From the NCBI GenBank assembly GCA_963709345.1, contig CAVPVX010000003.1, forward strand, positions 32,001 through 96,000: a stretch of 64,000 nt of DNA. The letters are read 5' to 3'. The notes under the pieces were generated by a model. It saw only the letters and a program-made list of their open reading frames with translations, had not been told where the DNA came from and did not search any database. A program made the translations under genes and the position numbers. Shown one piece after another: positions 60,995 to 64,000 of the stretch. This DNA comes from an uncultured Actinomycetes bacterium. Lineage in GTDB: Bacteria; Actinomycetota; Thermoleophilia; UBA2241. Each line of letters begins with the position of its first letter. Position 1 is the first letter of the stretch.

Positions 60995-61804
60995 CTACTC
61001 GAGGATTCCGTCGCGGTGCGCCTTCAGGTAGGCGCCGCAGAAGTTGTCCTCGCCGCGCAGCGCTTCGGTCGACTTGATCGTGGCCATCATCTGCTTGTTG
61101 CGCACGTCGACGATGAGCCCGTCGAGGCCGAGGCCGGCGCACATGGCGACGAAGGTGCGGTTGAGCAGGGCGCGGTTCGGCAGGCCGAAGCTGACGTTGC
61201 TGAGACCGCCGGTGGTACGCACGGACAGACGCTCCTTGACCAGCTTGAGCGTATCCATGGTGACCATGGGCGCGCACGGGTCGGCGGACACGGCCATGAC
61301 CAGTGGGTCGACCCAGAGATCCTCGGTCGGCAGGCCGGCGCCGGTGAAGAGGTCGTAGATCTGCTGCGCGACCTCGAAACGGTCCTCTGCCGTCGGCGGG
61401 ATGCCGTCGTCGTTCATGCAGAGGCCGACGACGGGGCACTTGTACTTCTCGACCTGCGGGATGACGGCGTCGATGCGCGCCTGCTCGCTGCTGATCGAGT
61501 TGATGAACGGCACCTTGCCGCCGTCCTGTGATGCACGCCTCGACGCCCACGGTCGAGCGCGTCGGGCTGGCGGAGTCGACCATGAGCTGCGTGTCGGTGA
61601 CGCCGCATGACCATCATCGATGAGCCAGACGATGTCGTCGTCCTCGTCGCCGCCGGCGACGCCGCCGTTGACGTCGAGGATGCCTGGCGCCGGCCTCGAC
61701 CTGCTCCGGTAGCGAGAGCCTTGATGAACTCGGCATCGCGCGTTCTGGATCGCCTCTCCGACCTGCTTGCGCGTCCCGTTGATCGATTCACCCATCAACA
61801 ACAT
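60995..61804 (-). CDS. Methyltetrahydrofolate:corrinoid methyltransferase (AcsE/MtgA-like, pterin-binding); several apparent indels ~61530-61740
   Basis: MGESING, LDVNGG, INSIS, DPLV, GLSNVSFGLPNR..LN..F and terminal D.FC..YLKA.R. Confidence 0.88.
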   Translation of the reverse strand: MLLMGESINGTRKQVGEAIQNARCRVHQGSRYRSRSRPAPGILDVNGGVAGGDEDDDIVWLIDDGHAASPTRSSWSTPPARRARPWASRRASQDGGKVPFINSISSEQARIDAVIPQVEKYKCPVVGLCMNDDGIPPTAEDRFEVAQQIYDLFTGAGLPTEDLWVDPLVMAVSADPCAPMVTMDTLKLVKERLSVRTTGGLSNVSFGLPNRALLNRTFVAMCAGLGLDGLIVDVRNKQMMATIKSTEALRGEDNFCGAYLKAHRDGILE

Positions 61805-61919
61805 TGAACCACCTCCACGAGGCATGACCCGGGACGGCGTCAGGTAGGAGTGATATGCGATGGCGTCGCGCCGAAGAAACGGCGCAGGCTCGAGGAGCCA
61901 GCCGCGGGTCGGCGCCGGA

Positions 61920-62158
61920 TCAGCGCTCGGAGGGAACACCCAGTCGGGACGCTCCCGACGCCGGTCCCCGGACGGCGCTCGTCGTTGCCGAGGCCGGCGG
62001 CCGCACGACGACGCTCGCCGACCCGCCGATCCTTGACGACCTGCACGTCGCTCCGACCGGAGAACAGCGCGCGAGAACGCTCGTACAGACCGGTCGCGTC
62101 ACGGCCCGGTGACGATCAGGAGGTGAGTCCGCGGCGTTGTCGCCTTCGAAGTCATCAT
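61920..62158 (-). CDS. Small hypothetical protein with DRR..ERR motifs (frameshifted in this assembly)
   Basis: Pieces MMTSKATTPRTHLLIV / DATGLYERSRALFSGRSD / VQVVKDRRVGERRR..ERR / DRRRERPDW across frames; TACAGT -10 six nt before the ATG. Confidence 0.45.
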
Positions 62159-62238
62159 GCTCGGACTGTACCCGACAACGCGGTGTCTGCTGCAGACACT
62201 CGTCTGCTCCGTCCGCCGCTGCGGCGCGTCAGTGCACC

Positions 62239-62277
62239 GAGAGAAGCGGCGGGCGGGCCTTGAGGCCCGCCCGCCGC
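62239..62277 (-). terminator. Intrinsic terminator of groEL
   Basis: GCGGCGGGCGGGCCT-ca-AGGCCCGCCCGCCGC followed by TTCTCTC. Confidence 0.8.
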
Positions 62278-62322
62278 CGACGCGACAGAGTCTCGCTCCT
62301 TCGTAGCTCTAGCTCTGGTGGA

Positions 62323-63966
<1,644 letters not shown>

Positions 63967-63978
63967 TCAGCCTCCTCT

Positions 63979-64000
63979 CTACTTTGTGACTACGGCCAGG
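63979..64000 (-). CDS. groS: 3' end of co-chaperonin GroES (partial)
   Basis: Minus strand reads LAVVTK* immediately upstream of the groEL RBS. Confidence 0.65.

Overview
This high-GC window most likely comes from an anaerobic or facultative Actinomycetota genome. The ClpC N-terminus, GroEL and gene order suggest a Thermoleophilia-like organism, which is an inference. In order it carries: feoB with a DtxR/FeoA regulator and a candidate operator; tRNA-Gly(CCC); M55 and M42 peptidases; an orphan BlaI-type regulator; argS and rlmH; a V4R-GGDEF(GADEF) protein; 5-formyl-THF cyclo-ligase; a flavoprotein; IclR. A molybdenum module follows (mobAB, Moco riboswitch, modABC, second mobAB, a diverged duplicate of the mobB 3' end with the tatA promoter, tatA). 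Next is the conserved housekeeping block tilS-hpt-ftsH-folEPBK-nadBC-coaX-dusB-greA-lysS-(FAD oxidoreductase)-clpC-radA-carD-PIN/TRAM-ispDF. Then come aqpZ, tRNA-fMet, an NlpC/P60 hydrolase, aldehyde:ferredoxin oxidoreductase and alanine dehydrogenase. The most interesting part is a ~15 kb co-oriented cluster: methyl-THF:corrinoid methyltransferase, DmpA-like peptidase, Opp-type ABC importer, non-pyrrolysine MttB methyltransferase, C45 hydrolase, D-aminoacylase and PucR regulator. It looks like a pathway that imports, hydrolyses and demethylates a methylated peptide or amide, and the opp genes sit behind a long structured leader. The window ends with groEL and the tail of groES. Single-base frameshifts cluster at ~4.0-5.1 kb, ~43.2 kb and ~60.5-62.1 kb, including one in essential argS, and are most likely long-read sequencing errors. 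I saw no CRISPR array, transposase or prophage.
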